From Octopus bimaculoides (lineage: Eukaryota): 64,000 nt of DNA. Positions 37,340-49,254 of the stretch are shown here, one piece after another; the stretch's first letter is position 1, and every line of letters begins with the position of its first letter. The stretch lies in the NCBI RefSeq assembly GCF_001194135.2, contig NC_068981.1, positions 199,723,845 to 199,787,844 on the forward strand, given 5' to 3'. The position numbers were made by a program, and so were the translations under genes. Under the pieces are notes generated by a model. That model did no database searches and was not told where the DNA came from. It was given only the letters and a program-made list of their open reading frames with translations.

Positions 37340-39184
37340 TTATGTTTCACAATTGAAAAGTTTCACTCCAGTGTGTATTTGTTTGTGTGCTTTTAAGAGA
37401 TTGTTAGTGATAAAAGATTTCCCACACAGATCACAATAATAAGGTCTTTCTCCAGTGTGGATTCTTTTATGGACTAAAAGACTGCAATTGACAGAGAAAG
37501 ATTTGCCACAAATGTCACAGTGAAATGGTTTTTCTCCAGTGTGGCTACGTATATGGATAACAAGACTTGAATTATTAATGAAATATTTACCACATATCCC
37601 ACAATGAAACAATTTCTCTCCACTGTGTATCCTTTTGTGACTGGTTAAATAGCTATTATCGACAAAAGATTTACCACATATATCACAATGATATGGTTGT
37701 TCTCCAGTGTGTATCCGTGTATGTCTTTTTAATTTACTGTTAGAGACAAAAGACTTGTCACATATTCCACAGTGATAAGGTTTTTCTCCTGTGTGACTTC
37801 GTATGTGAATAACAAGACTTGAATTTTGAATGAAAGATTTGCCACATATATCACAATAAAATGATTTTTCACCAGTGTGGATTCTCTTGTGTTTCCTTAA
37901 ATCACTGTTATAAACGAAAAATTTCCCACATATATCACAGTGGAAAGGTTTTATTCCAGTGTGTATTTCTTTGTGTCTGGCTAAATTACTGTCAGAGACT
38001 AAATACTTGCCACATATATCACAGTGAAATGGTTTTTCTCCAGTGTGACTTCGGATATGGATAATTAATTTTGCATTATTCATGAAGGATTTTCCACAGA
38101 TTTCACAGTGGTATGGTTTCTCTCCACTGTGTAATCTTTTGTGTGTTGTTAAATAGCTGTTATCAACAAAATACTTCCCACATATATCACACTGATACGG
38201 TTTCTCTCCAGTATGACTACGAATGTGTATAACAAGTTTTGAATTACTCATCAATGATTTCCCGCATATCTGACAGTGGTAGGTTTTCTCTCCAGTGTGG
38301 ATTCTTCTGTGTTTTGCCAAACTACTATTATCAATAAAAGATTTCTCACATAACCCACAGTGATAGGGTCTTTCTCCAGTGTGGATTCTTTTGTGTTTTG
38401 TTAAATCACTTTTGCAAATAAAAGATTTTCCACATGTTTCACACTGAAACGGTTTCTCTCCAGTGTGGATTCTCTTATGACTTGTTAAATAACTATTATC
38501 AAAAAAAGATTTGCCACATATATCACAGTGATAAGGTTTTTCTCCAGTGTGACTGCGTATATGGATGACAAGATTTGATTTATTAATAAAAGATTTCCCA
38601 CAGATTTCACAACAGTATGGCCTTTCTCCAGTGTGGATTCTATTATGCCTTGACAAACTACTATTGTCGACAAAAGATTTCCCACATATATCACAGTGAT
38701 AAGGTTTCTCGCCAGTATGAATTCTTTTGTGTCTTGTTATTTTACTGAGTGAAACAAAACATTTCCCACATACATCACAATGGTAGGATTTCTCTTCAGT
38801 GTGGATTCTCTTGTGTCTTCTTAACTTGCTGTTCGACACGTAAGACTTCCCACATACTTCACAGTGAAATGGTTTTTCTCCAGCGTGGATTATTTTGTGA
38901 CGTTTTAACTTATTGCAATTTACAAAATACTTCCCACAGATTTCACAGTTAAAGAGTTTTCCTTTGTCATGTATTTCTTTGTGTGTAAAGACTTCCTCTT
39001 CTGAAGAAAATGTCTCCTTACAAATCTCACAGCAATATTCAGTTAAGTTTTTGTCTGGCGATGTTTGTTTAGTAAATGTTTCACTAGATAAAGATTTCTC
39101 ACCACTGCATGTTTCTGTTACTGAATCGATATTGTTAAAAACAGGTGCGTTATTAAAAGTGTCCAAGGGATTAACGTCTTCCAT
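37340..39184 (-). CDS. C2H2 zinc-finger array protein ZNF-B, 20 fingers, single coding exon
   Basis: 614-aa [13 protein letters not shown] leader, 20 C2H2 units, ends in a truncated KLFNCET*. Confidence 0.93.
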   Translation of the reverse strand: MEDVNPLDTFNNAPVFNNIDSVTETCSGEKSLSSETFTKQTSPDKNLTEYCCEICKETFSSEEEVFTHKEIHDKGKLFNCEICGKYFVNCNKLKRHKIIHAGEKPFHCEVCGKSYVSNSKLRRHKRIHTEEKSYHCDVCGKCFVSLSKITRHKRIHTGEKPYHCDICGKSFVDNSSLSRHNRIHTGERPYCCEICGKSFINKSNLVIHIRSHTGEKPYHCDICGKSFFDNSYLTSHKRIHTGEKPFQCETCGKSFICKSDLTKHKRIHTGERPYHCGLCEKSFIDNSSLAKHRRIHTGEKTYHCQICGKSLMSNSKLVIHIRSHTGEKPYQCDICGKYFVDNSYLTTHKRLHSGEKPYHCEICGKSFMNNAKLIIHIRSHTGEKPFHCDICGKYLVSDSNLARHKEIHTGIKPFHCDICGKFFVYNSDLRKHKRIHTGEKSFYCDICGKSFIQNSSLVIHIRSHTGEKPYHCGICDKSFVSNSKLKRHTRIHTGEQPYHCDICGKSFVDNSYLTSHKRIHSGEKLFHCGICGKYFINNSSLVIHIRSHTGEKPFHCDICGKSFSVNCSLLVHKRIHTGERPYYCDLCGKSFITNNLLKAHKQIHTGVKLFNCET

Positions 39185-39211
39185 ATTAAATTCTTTGAGA
39201 AGTCTTTAAAA

Positions 39212-39314
39212 CTGAGAAATGCCAATTAATATATGATAAGGTACAGCTTCTTGTTTCTGATAGGATTGCTTGCATGTGCAGAAAATAGGCAAAGCAGATA
39301 TATTTTCTACTTAC
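39212..39314 (-). other. Candidate 5' UTR intron of ZNF-B
   Basis: Reverse strand ATG|GTAAGTAG donor at 39314; TTTCTCAG acceptor ending at 39212, 27 nt before the ATG; the acceptor is conserved in ZNF-C. Confidence 0.45.
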
Positions 39315-39961
39315 CATTTAAATACTTGTGGCATACGCGGTCCTCTCCACATCTGCTGTTGTAGACAAAATACTTCTTTCTCTATGTTAAAAAATGTGGA
39401 GAGGGTTAATGGATAATAAGTGGGGGAAATAAATTAAAATAATAATAAAGAGAGAACGAGGATCCATAAAGAAGTGATAGAAGAGATTATGGTGAAAATA
39501 ATGTTTTTTTCTGTAATAGTTTGTAAAGGAAAGGTTTTCATTAAACAAGGAAAACAAAAACCTGATGTTGTAAATAGAAAAAAGGTGTGTGTGTGTGTGT
39601 GTGTTCAATACAGGATGTTTGTATATATATATATATATTTATATATGTGTGTGTGTGTGCATGGAGAGTCAATAAATCAGTATTCACGAATAGTGAAAGA
39701 GTAGAGAAAACGTTCTGTGGTAGCAATACAAATATAATCCGCGATCTTCAGTTAAAAAGTTTCTGCTTCTCAGTTGTTGGGGATCCTTTGTTCCCTGTAA
39801 AATAGGGAGGCAAATAATTTAAGGTTGGACTAGTTTCTAACGAAATAAGATATTTAATCTGGCAGATGTAAGAAAAGCGGATCTTAAAGATGTTATCCAC
39901 AAACATTAATATTCATCTTAACACCAGATAATTACTAGACATGATGCAGTCTTAATGAACT

Positions 39962-40055
39962 GAACTAATTACACCAGCGGTGCTATGGAAAATGATTCCC
40001 TTGTGTGAATGATACCGGCGTCATAACTTAAAAGTCCCCGACATAATTTAAGATA
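39962..40055 (-). promoter_or_regulatory. Non-coding block upstream of ZNF-B, homologous to 57995-58090
   Basis: Shared ordered motifs AACTAATT, AGCGGTG, TTCCCTT, GATACCGG, TTAAAAGTCCCC, TAATTTAA. Confidence 0.55.
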
Positions 40056-40594
40056 ACCAGAATTACCTTCAATTGTATCCGTTGTGGTAGTGGTGGTGGT
40101 GGGGTTCTCCGTCGTTCGACGATGAGGACTCAGTTGCTCGCTTAATTGAACTACGTGGCCTGAACGAACGTTTAATTGGCTAAGTATTCCTTAGACATGT
40201 TTAGCTTGAACGTAATAATGAGCGTTGGGCCTCAGGGAGGCAAAGTGGTCGAGTTCCTTCAAGCGTTACATCTACACACTACATTTGGTTGTGGGCCACA
40301 TCATACCGATGTGATTCTACATGTTCTATATCCGTTACGTCATACATCATTTCGCTGCATTGCACAAACTCGTGAAAACAATTACGGCCTTCACCAAACG
40401 CCTGCTGCAGCTCTTACAAGCTATCCTAGACATGTAAGATTCATGTTGTTAATATTCTGTTTAAACTGCTGCAGATTAACATGAGCAGAGAGAAGCTTCC
40501 GGAGAAATGATGTTCTGTGATTGAAGGAGTGGTTAGCATGAGGGGAAAGAGTGGTTGGGTGCACCAAATGTGTCAAGAGGAGAGATAAGTGGGA

Positions 40595-40935
40595 CATCAT
40601 CATCATCATCGTTTAACGTCCGCTTTCCATGCTAGCATGGGTTGGACGATTTGACTGAGGACTGGTGAAACCAGATGGCTGCACCAGGCTCCAATCTGAT
40701 TTCGCAAAGTTTCTACAGCTGGATGCCCTTCCTAACGCCAACCACTCCAAGAGTGTAGTGGGTGCTTTTACGTGCCACTGGCACGAAGGCCAGTCAGGTA
40801 GTACTGGCAACGGCCACGCTCAAAATTGTGTATTTTATGTGCCACCTGCACAGGAGCCAGTTCGGCGGCACTGGCAACGATCTCGCTCGAATGTCTTTAC
40901 ACGTGCCATCCGGCACAAGTGCCAGGAAGGCGATG
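40595..40935 (-). mobile_element. RTE tail-family copy
   Basis: (ATC)n plus reverse-complement tail and subrepeats. Confidence 0.85.
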
Positions 40936-41049
40936 CTGGGCACAGGTGCCATTGACGGTGAAGCCAGTCAGCTCTGAAGAACAGAGGTCAAGGTAGTAAT
41001 GGTAGAAAAGATAGAGATAGAGATAGCATGCTTATGAACTAGAAGCTGG

Positions 41050-41640
41050 AGTAGTATGTCTGTTAGTGATGGAGTGTTAATCAACCAAGTAGCCCTCCTC
41101 TGGATGCAGTCCAGAATGTCAGTATGGGTAGCAGTAGCACTATCCCACTATGGGTTTCATTTGAAAATTGTTAGTATCTGTTATGGGCTGAAATATCTTT
41201 CAGTTCAAAATAGAAGGACTGGTCTTTCAGATGTAGCTCTAGCTATATCAAGATGTGCTTTTGTCTTCAGTAATATTGAAGCTCAGCATTTGGGGTGACT
41301 ACGGGGGCTTTAGCTGTCTGTCACTCATGATTAGGAGTGTGCACATTCCAACATGAAATGCTCAAGTTCCATCTAGATTTTATAAAACAAAGTCTCTTTG
41401 TTTTTCGAGCGCAGAGTGGACATCCATCAGTCATGCTAAACTGACCAGATATAGAAAAACAGGCAATTTTTGGTTCACCTTTTCTAGAACCTCCCCAGCC
41501 TCCAGGTGAGCAGTGCCCTCTCCAAAAGGGGCTGCTCAGACACCCATGCAGCAACTGAATCCTATTACTGTCTTGGGCAACAAGGAGATGACTTTATATC
41601 TAGCATAGGCCGCCTATGTGCTTCCAACCTGTCAGGTCTT
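41050..41640 (-). mobile_element. LINE 5' region with APE endonuclease start, decayed
   Basis: Reverse strand LSISCWNVHT resembles the APE N-terminal TWNVRT motif. Confidence 0.5.
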
Positions 41641-42711
41641 CATGCTTCACCACCTTTCCATCACCGCAGGACTTCTGAATAAAAATAAAATAGATATATA
41701 TGAAAACTGAATATATACTAAAAATAAAATAAATATATATAGGGAAAGAAAAAAAAACAGCACATATCAAGAAGAGGTCAGAAATGTTTGTGCAGAGTTT
41801 TAGGTCCAATAAGGCTTGCACAACACCTCATAGACCCTCTCTGTTTTATTGACATTATCCAGAGCAAGATGTCTGATACCAATATGAGTCGCAGGTTCAG
41901 GGATGTGGGAGTTCCATGATCACTAGCACAAATCAAAGATTCCCAAAATGTCCAATGCCATTCCCTGCATATCTGGTTTTATATCAGAATGACCTTCTCC
42001 TAGAGACATGCTTCAACAGAAGCTGAGGGTTGCCTCACTCCCAGTGGAATTTCAGGATTTCTGCATACCCGTGCTATTGCTAGATAGCCATTGAGCCTGC
42101 ACTAGATTCATCCGACCTTTCAACAGATCTTGTTTCTAATCCTGCAGAGTTTCCAGCAACCCTCCTCATCAGGGTAGCCTAGTGGGGGTGTCGGTTGAGT
42201 TGCAGGCAACCCGACCATGCAACAGGTTGTACTGGATTCCATGTTACCAGTAACACTTATGAATGCCTCATAAGTCAGGAAAAAGATGTATTCGTCTATC
42301 TGTTAACAGAGTGGGTATATTATCTGAAATGTACAGTATTGTATATCCATCATGGCTAATCTTACCAATTGGCTTTGTGCTAGGAGTGTTAGGTAACAAT
42401 CCAATTAAATAGCCCTACACTCATCAAAGGAATGAATTATATGGAATGAATTATAGCAACTGGTCTCTATTGTTGGAGGTGAAAAGACATCCAGTTTGCA
42501 GCTGCTGTGAGAAGATGATGAAACGAAACAAGCAGGGGATTTAGTTAAGAGTTATGTCCCTTGGTACACCACTGAGTCGGTTATGCTGTAAGTTGGTAAT
42601 GAGCTATTATAAAACAATTATAAATAAGGACAAAAGAAAAAAAAAAAATTATATACTAGGAGAAGGTCACTCTGATATAAAACCAGATATGCAGGGAATG
42701 GCATTGGACAT

Positions 42712-42910
42712 AGTTGTATATGAGGCAGAGATAACAGGCATAGAACCAAGTGGGCAACCAAAGGTGCGAAAGTGTGTTGGAGCAACTGAAGGCCTCTTCA
42801 GAACCCACTTTGACAACCACAAGTCTTCCTTCAGCATCCCGGAGAGACACAATGTCACAACCCAGGCCAAGCACATTTGGTCTTTGAAACAAAACACCAC
42901 TGAATACAAC
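42712..42910 (+). mobile_element. Penelope-like GIY-YIG fragment (second family)
   Basis: VVYEAEIT...CVGATEGLFRTHFDNHKSSF...TTQAKHIWSLKQNTTEYNIK. Confidence 0.7.
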
Positions 42911-42985
42911 ATAAAGCCATATTATTGTGATATGTGTGGAAAATTGTTTCTCAGTACAAGTTATTTAACAAGACACTGTAGGCAC
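42911..42985 (+). pseudogene. Isolated C2H2 finger remnant
   Basis: KPYYCDMCGKLFLSTSYLTRH with the cluster's codon style (TATTGTGATATGTGTGGAAAA). Confidence 0.7.
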
Positions 42986-45462
42986 ATTTGTGGGTTAGAT
43001 TTTGTCTTTGTGTACTTTTAATCACCCGTGGTACTCCAGACCAGCACCTCCAACACTTAACCCGGCTGTTCATGTGCCTATGTTCCTATGACGTGAAAAT
43101 CAATCCAGCTAAGTGTGTCTTTGGTTCTACCAGACTGGAATTCTTGGGACACCTAATCAATGCTGATGGTATTTATCTACTTCCCTATAAAGTGAAAGTC
43201 ATCAAACGCTTGTTTCCTCCTGTTTCCTTAAAACAGCTCAGAAATGTTATTGGTGTAATTAATTATTATCATCATCGTTTCATTCCTAAATGTGAAGAGA
43301 AGTTGCTTCCTTTGACCCAGCACTTGAAAGATCAATGAAAGAAAGACGCACAGATAACGCTGTCTCCTACAGCCATCCAAGCTTTTGAATCTGTCAAAGC
43401 TGACCTTGCTCAAGCATCCTTCCTCACTCATCCTATTCCGGATGCAAAATTATCACTTACTGTCGATGCATCATCATCTGCTAAAAGTGCAGTTTTAGAG
43501 CAATCTGTAAACAGCCAAAGCCAGCTATTAGTCTTTTTCTTGTGCCAGCTGAAAAATGCTGAAATGAGATAGAGTGTATTTGGTAAAGAACTTTTAGCAA
43601 TTTACCTGGCATTGAAGCATTTCTCTTATTTTTTGAAGGTAGAGACTTCACGATTTTCTCTGACCACAAACTGCTAATGTTTGCTCTCTTTGCAAAAGTG
43701 GACTGGTATTTGCCCAGAGAAACAAGGCAATTGGATTATATATCACAGTTCACTGGTGACATTCACCACATCGCTGGCATTAACAACATCCTCGCCGACA
43801 TCTTATGTCACCTGCCTAAAGGTGCATTTTGTCTCCTACTTCGATTGATTTGGTTGAACCAAACTCTCTCCTTGGATTCTCTGGACATTTCCTCACCACA
43901 GTTTTCCTGCTGCAAATTTGAACACCTGCCCCTGCCTTTTTCTGAAGGAATCATTCTCTGTGATGTTTCTACCTGGTCACCATGACCCCTCATTCCTGAA
44001 TGCCACCATCATGCTGTTTTTGAAGCACTGTATTCATTATCACACCCTGACATTGCAGCCACAGTAAAGCTTGTCTCGGACCACTTTTTCTGGCTGAATA
44101 TGCGACGGTCTATTACTGCCTGGTCACGTACCTGTCTACCATGTCAGCATTCCAAGGTGCATCATTACATGAGAGCACATCTTGGACAGTTCCAGCCAAC
44201 CGGACACCAGGTTCCATCACATACACATTGACCTGGTTGGTCCTTGGCCAGTCAGTTGCAGATTTACTTATATATTGACCTGCATCGACCATTTCTCCAG
44301 ATGGTCTGAAGCCATCCCTCTCATGGACATTTCTGGGAAACTGTCACCAGAGCACTCGTCCCTGGGTGGATATCTCACTTCAGAGTACCCTGATTGTGAA
44401 CGCCAATTTGAAGCTTACCTGTTCCGTAAGCTTTTGAGATTGCTCAGAGTTCAGCACACCCACACCGCCAGTTACAATCCCCCCCTGAATGGAATGGTGG
44501 GAAGACTCTACTGACAGCTCAAAGCCACTATTCACACAGCTCCTGGCCCTCGTTGTTGGTCTGAGTTTCTCTCCATTGTTCTGCTAGGGTGCTGCTCAGC
44601 TGTCAAGGAGGATTTTGGTCATCCTCCGCTGAGCTCCTGTGTGGCACCACCTTAGCACTTTCTGGACAAATGTTGGCGGCCGTCGACTTACCGAATGTAG
44701 ACCCCACATCTTACGTCATGTGACTCAGGTCATTCTTTGCTGACCGGCCACTGATGCTCCCTCCTGACCAGTCTATTTCCTCTGCAGTACCTCCAGATAT
44801 TTCTACCTGGACTCATGTGTTTGTAAGAGATGATGCCATCAAGGGACCACTTGCACCTTCCTACACTGGACCCTATCGTGTTCTTAAAAGCACACCCACC
44901 AAAACTGTTCACTGTGGACACTCACGGTAAAAAAGAGACTGTCTCTATCGACAGAGTAAAAAAAAGCCTTTTCTGAAACATTTATGCCACACCCATCATC
45001 CCACAAACACTGCCACCCCCAACCCCACCAGCACCTCCTCCACTCACCAAAACACCAACTAAACAAACACATTCTGGCAGATCGATTCATTGGCCAAAGA
45101 AATTACCCCAGACTATTGATATATCTTAACTTTGCCTTGCAAGAGACTGTTCTGGAAAGTAGACTTACGCCATTAGAGGCACTGCATTCACATTTTTTCT
45201 CTTTCTGTATCATTGTACATACATGCTTTGTCCTACTTGATTGGACACCTTTCTTTGCTGAACGTTTTTCCTTGTATTGTATTTTTTTTTTTCAATTGTT
45301 CCTACAACTATTTTTGCCATGGTTCATTCTTTTGTGCCCTCCTAGTACACTCCGACTACACTACTATTTATCAACCGCTTCTGGCCTAATTAGAAGCCTC
45401 TGTAGGTGCATTACCCCACTCAACAGCAAGTCAAACCAGCTGACTAGATACAGAGGGCGTTA
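42986..45462 (+). mobile_element. Ty3/Gypsy LTR retrotransposon pol remnant (RT C-terminus, RNase H, integrase)
   Basis: GLDFVFVY, INPAKCVFG, FLGHLI, DAS, ELLAI, SDHK, HIAGINNILAD, H2C2 zinc-binding region, HIHIDLVGP...IDHFSRW, HTASYNP, YTGPYRV; frameshifts and stops. Confidence 0.9.
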
Positions 45463-46284
45463 TGTAACATTAAGGTTCAAATACATAACCTCATCTCTCC
45501 CCCTTTTCTGCACTAACACGCAAGCTATGAGGATGCAACTTGACTGGCTCTATCTTATGCCACAGGCCAGCTTGCAGATAGGAGCATAGCACAGAAGACC
45601 ATGGCCTTTACACACCAATCATTCTATTTACCATTCCATTGTATATATATGAGGGAACCCGTGGAAGAGGTAGGCCCAGGAAGACCTGGGCTGAGGTGGT
45701 GAGGCAAGACCTTCGTACATTGGGCCTCACCGAGGCGATTACTACTGACCGAGACCTTTGGAAATGTGCTGTGCGTGAGAAGACCCGGCAAGCCAAGTAA
45801 GATCGTTGCCAGTGCCCCGGGACTGGTTCTTGTGCGGGTGGCACATGAGATGCACCATTTTGAGCGTGGCCGTTGCCAGTACCGCCTGACTGGCTCCTGT
45901 AGGATTTTCGAGCGAGATCGTTGCCAGTGCCCCTGGACTGGCTTGTGCGGGNNNNNNNNNNNNNNNNNNNNNNNNNNNNNNNNNNNNNNNNNNNNNNNNN
46001 NNNNNNNNNNNNNNNNNNNNNNNNNNNNNNNNNNNNNNNNNNNNNNNNNNNNNNNNNNNNNNNNNNNNNNNNNNNNNNNNNNNNNNNNNNNNNNNNNNNN
46101 NNNNNNNNNNNNNNNNNNNNNNNNNNNNNNNNNNNNNNNNNNNNNNNNNNNNNNNNNNNNNNNNNNNNNNNNNNNNNNNNNNNNNNNNNNNNNNNNNNNN
46201 NNNNNNNNNNNNNNNNNNNNNNNNNNNNNNNNNNNNNNNNNNNNNNNNNNNNNNNNNNNNNNNNNNNNNNNNNNNNNNNNNNNN

Positions 46285-46353
<69 letters not shown>

Positions 46354-46473
46354 GTGGCCACAATAAACGTGCTTAGAGTTACAACCTTGCTTGTATGTTA
46401 TTCATCTGGGTTTACTACCAGCGAGATTACAGCCTTCTGAGAGTCATATTAGGTGGCCCAACGATGACCTACA
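45463..46473 (+). mobile_element. Probable Gypsy 3' LTR, interrupted by an RTE 3' fragment and a gap
   Basis: Purine tract CAGAGGGCG, then TGTAAC start at 45463; AATAAA at about 46351; end CTACA at 46473, where zinc-finger sequence resumes. Confidence 0.4.
45650..45951 (+). mobile_element. RTE C-terminus/3' UTR fragment
   Basis: EGTRGRGRPRKTWAEVVRQDLRTLGLTEA, then subrepeats running into the gap. Confidence 0.8.
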
Positions 46474-46475
46474 CC

Positions 46476-47114
46476 ATCTAAAACACAAAAGAATACACAC
46501 TGGAGAGAAATCATATCACTGTGATATCTATGGGAAATTCTTTGTCAATAAGAGTGATTTGACTAGTCACAGAAAAAAAAACAAAAAAAAACACAGTGGT
46601 GAAAAAGCCTATAATTGTAGATTGTGTGGTAAATCATTCTCTGATAATTGTTATCTTGATATCCACATGCGTAGCACCACAGGGGAAAAGCCATACCATT
46701 GTGAAACATGTGGAACATCATTCTCTGTAAACTGTAGTTTTGTTATCCACATGTGTAGCCACACTGAAGAAAAATCCTTCCATTGTGAAATGTGGAAAAT
46801 TATTCACTGTAAATTCTTGTCTAGTGATTCATGAAAGAATCCACACTGAGAAAAAACCTTATCATTGTGAAATTTATGGAAAATCATTCTCTGATTATTC
46901 CAGTCTTGTAGTTCATCAAAGAGTACATACTGAAGAAAACCTCTATCAATGTAGAATCTGTGGTAAATCATTCTCTGATAATTCAAATTTTGTAGTTCAT
47001 AAAAGAATCCACACTGGAGAGAAACCCTGTCATTGTGAAATATGTTGAAAATTTGTTGTCTATAACACTCTCCTAAAAAGGCACAAAAAAATACACAATG
47101 GAGGGAAGTCTTAA
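46476..47114 (+). pseudogene. C2H2 array pseudogene, inverted paralog of ZNF-C
   Basis: About 7 damaged fingers, frameshifts, TGA stop; its end TLLKRHKKIHNGGKS* parallels [15 protein letters not shown] of ZNF-C. Confidence 0.85.
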
Positions 47115-49254
47115 AAAGAGAAATATGGAAAACTAACCTCTTGTAAACCTAACCTTCTAACTCACCAACAAGTACATATTAAAAATCCTTAATCACGGTG
47201 ATTCTTTCAATTTTCATCTTGTAGTTTACAAATGTTATTTGAGAGAAAGCCTTTCACTGGATAACAAAGTCGAAAAATACTTTGACACAAAACTTTGTCA
47301 AAATGAGAAATCTTTGACAATTGCGTACTGGGGTTGATCTAATTGACTAGACCCTCCCCCAAAATTTCAGGCATTGTGCCTAGAATAGAAAAGAATATTA
47401 AAAGTAACTTGTTACAAGTGTGGGTCTGTGGATTCTACCAAACTGGATATTTATAACAATGTATACTCTTGGCACTTCATTAGAATGTGCCATAAAGTGA
47501 AAATTTTCTCCATACATGGCCTGAAAAGATCACATCATGTATGTAGCTCAGGTATATATATGAAACAATATACCTTCCATAGTGTTGACAGCAGTGACAC
47601 TCTTCTCCAATTCTCTCATTCACTCAGACTGATTTCTATTTTTCAGGATTGTTTTAAGACTTAGATCAAGTTTGTTCCACAACTATCTCATCACTACTTC
47701 TCTCTTAGCATTTAAAATTTCTTTGCTGAATCTGTTCATATTTTGTAATCAGTTTTCTCAAGAATGATTCTATTTTTCTTAACCTCTTTCTCTCTCTCTC
47801 TGAATATCTGCACTAAGAATCAGTGAGTGGTGGTCACCAGCTGACTTTGCATTAGAAGAGGGGTCAGCAAACCCCAAGTGGGGTAAAAATGAAATTCTTG
47901 GGGGTAACAAGGACTCCTTAGACAAGTAAAATTATATAAAAAATGTGTTCCTCATTAAAACAGAAATGTTTCTTCTGGTAACACTGCATCTGTCCAATGA
48001 AATGGATGTGTAATTAGATCCAATAAACCTTTAGAATCCAAAGAATCTCTGATTTTCTTCCTTTCAAATCTAGCAGTTAACATCAGCATAAATATATTTT
48101 GAGGGAATTGGTTAAAAAAGTTCCCTGATCCCTGCATTTAAAGATCCAAGGAAATAAATAGGTGGTAGTGTTTTATTTGAGATGTGTTGTTGAAAATAAG
48201 AAGATTTTGGCAAATTTAAGTGAGACTCAAACAAGAAATGATAGAACTGAATAGGTTTGTTTCTAAAGTGAGTCTTTATAATATTTAAGATGTATGTTTT
48301 TGTTGTTTATCAGTCTTTCTAGTGATGTTAGATGATGTAGTCTTGTGCAGTTTGTGAGAGGGGGGGGGGGGTTAATGGTATGATGGTTTGTGCGCTTTTT
48401 GATCAGTTCATTTACATGGAAGATTTGTAATGTATAAATATATCTTGTTAGTGTGAATCAGGAAGTGTGACAGGAAAGGGTGGTAATGTCATTGACATAG
48501 AATACTTTGGAAAAAAGTGAAGACTGTTGAAGAGACGAGGAAAGAAAGATATTTTGTGATCCTTTAAATGGGGCTCATATGTCACAAAAGTATCATCTTA
48601 ATACACCCACATGTATACAGATGATAACATCCTACATTCTCCTGTAATGTTTCCTGCATAAAAGTAACCTACATGCCATCTTGATATTTCATACCAGACA
48701 TACCCCCACTTTAATGTGTAGAAACCTTGAAACACTTCAATTGGAACATGACTTGGTTTTATATAACAGCACCATAATACAGTCAGGGCATGTCTCAAAA
48801 AACAATCGCACTGACAACACTGCACTTATTTTACTAACAAAAAGCCTACACATATACAATCATGTATGTATATAGAGTGGGCTGTCACTACCGATTCCAC
48901 TTGCACAGCATTATTTAGCTGAATGTTATAGTTGAAGAACTTTACCAAAGTTGTAAGACAGTGACATACAACCTGAAACTATATGGTTACCAAGGTAACT
49001 TTCTATTCCAGCAGTCATGCCTGTGCCTAGTCAAAGATATCAGAAAGACATAAAAAAATGCTAAGTGTTTCTATTAAGCATGAAGGAAAACATTTTCCAA
49101 TCTGGAATAAAATCCCTGTTGTTTTTTATATTTTAGTAACATTTTCAATTTCATCATAAGAACTCTTTTTTATTTATCTTAGAATTCTTAAGGTAACAAT
49201 TTTAGTTTTCTGTAGAATTGACAGTCGGTAGACGTATACTTGCTTGCACACATC

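Noticed and set aside
39155-39172. PLDTF in the ZNF-B/C leader as a CtBP-binding PxDLS motif
   Set aside because: Two of the five positions deviate; too weak to claim.
44984-45589. 201-aa ORF as a Gypsy env-like or host gene
   Set aside because: Low-complexity, pyrimidine-rich translation of the element's 3' region with no recognisable motif.
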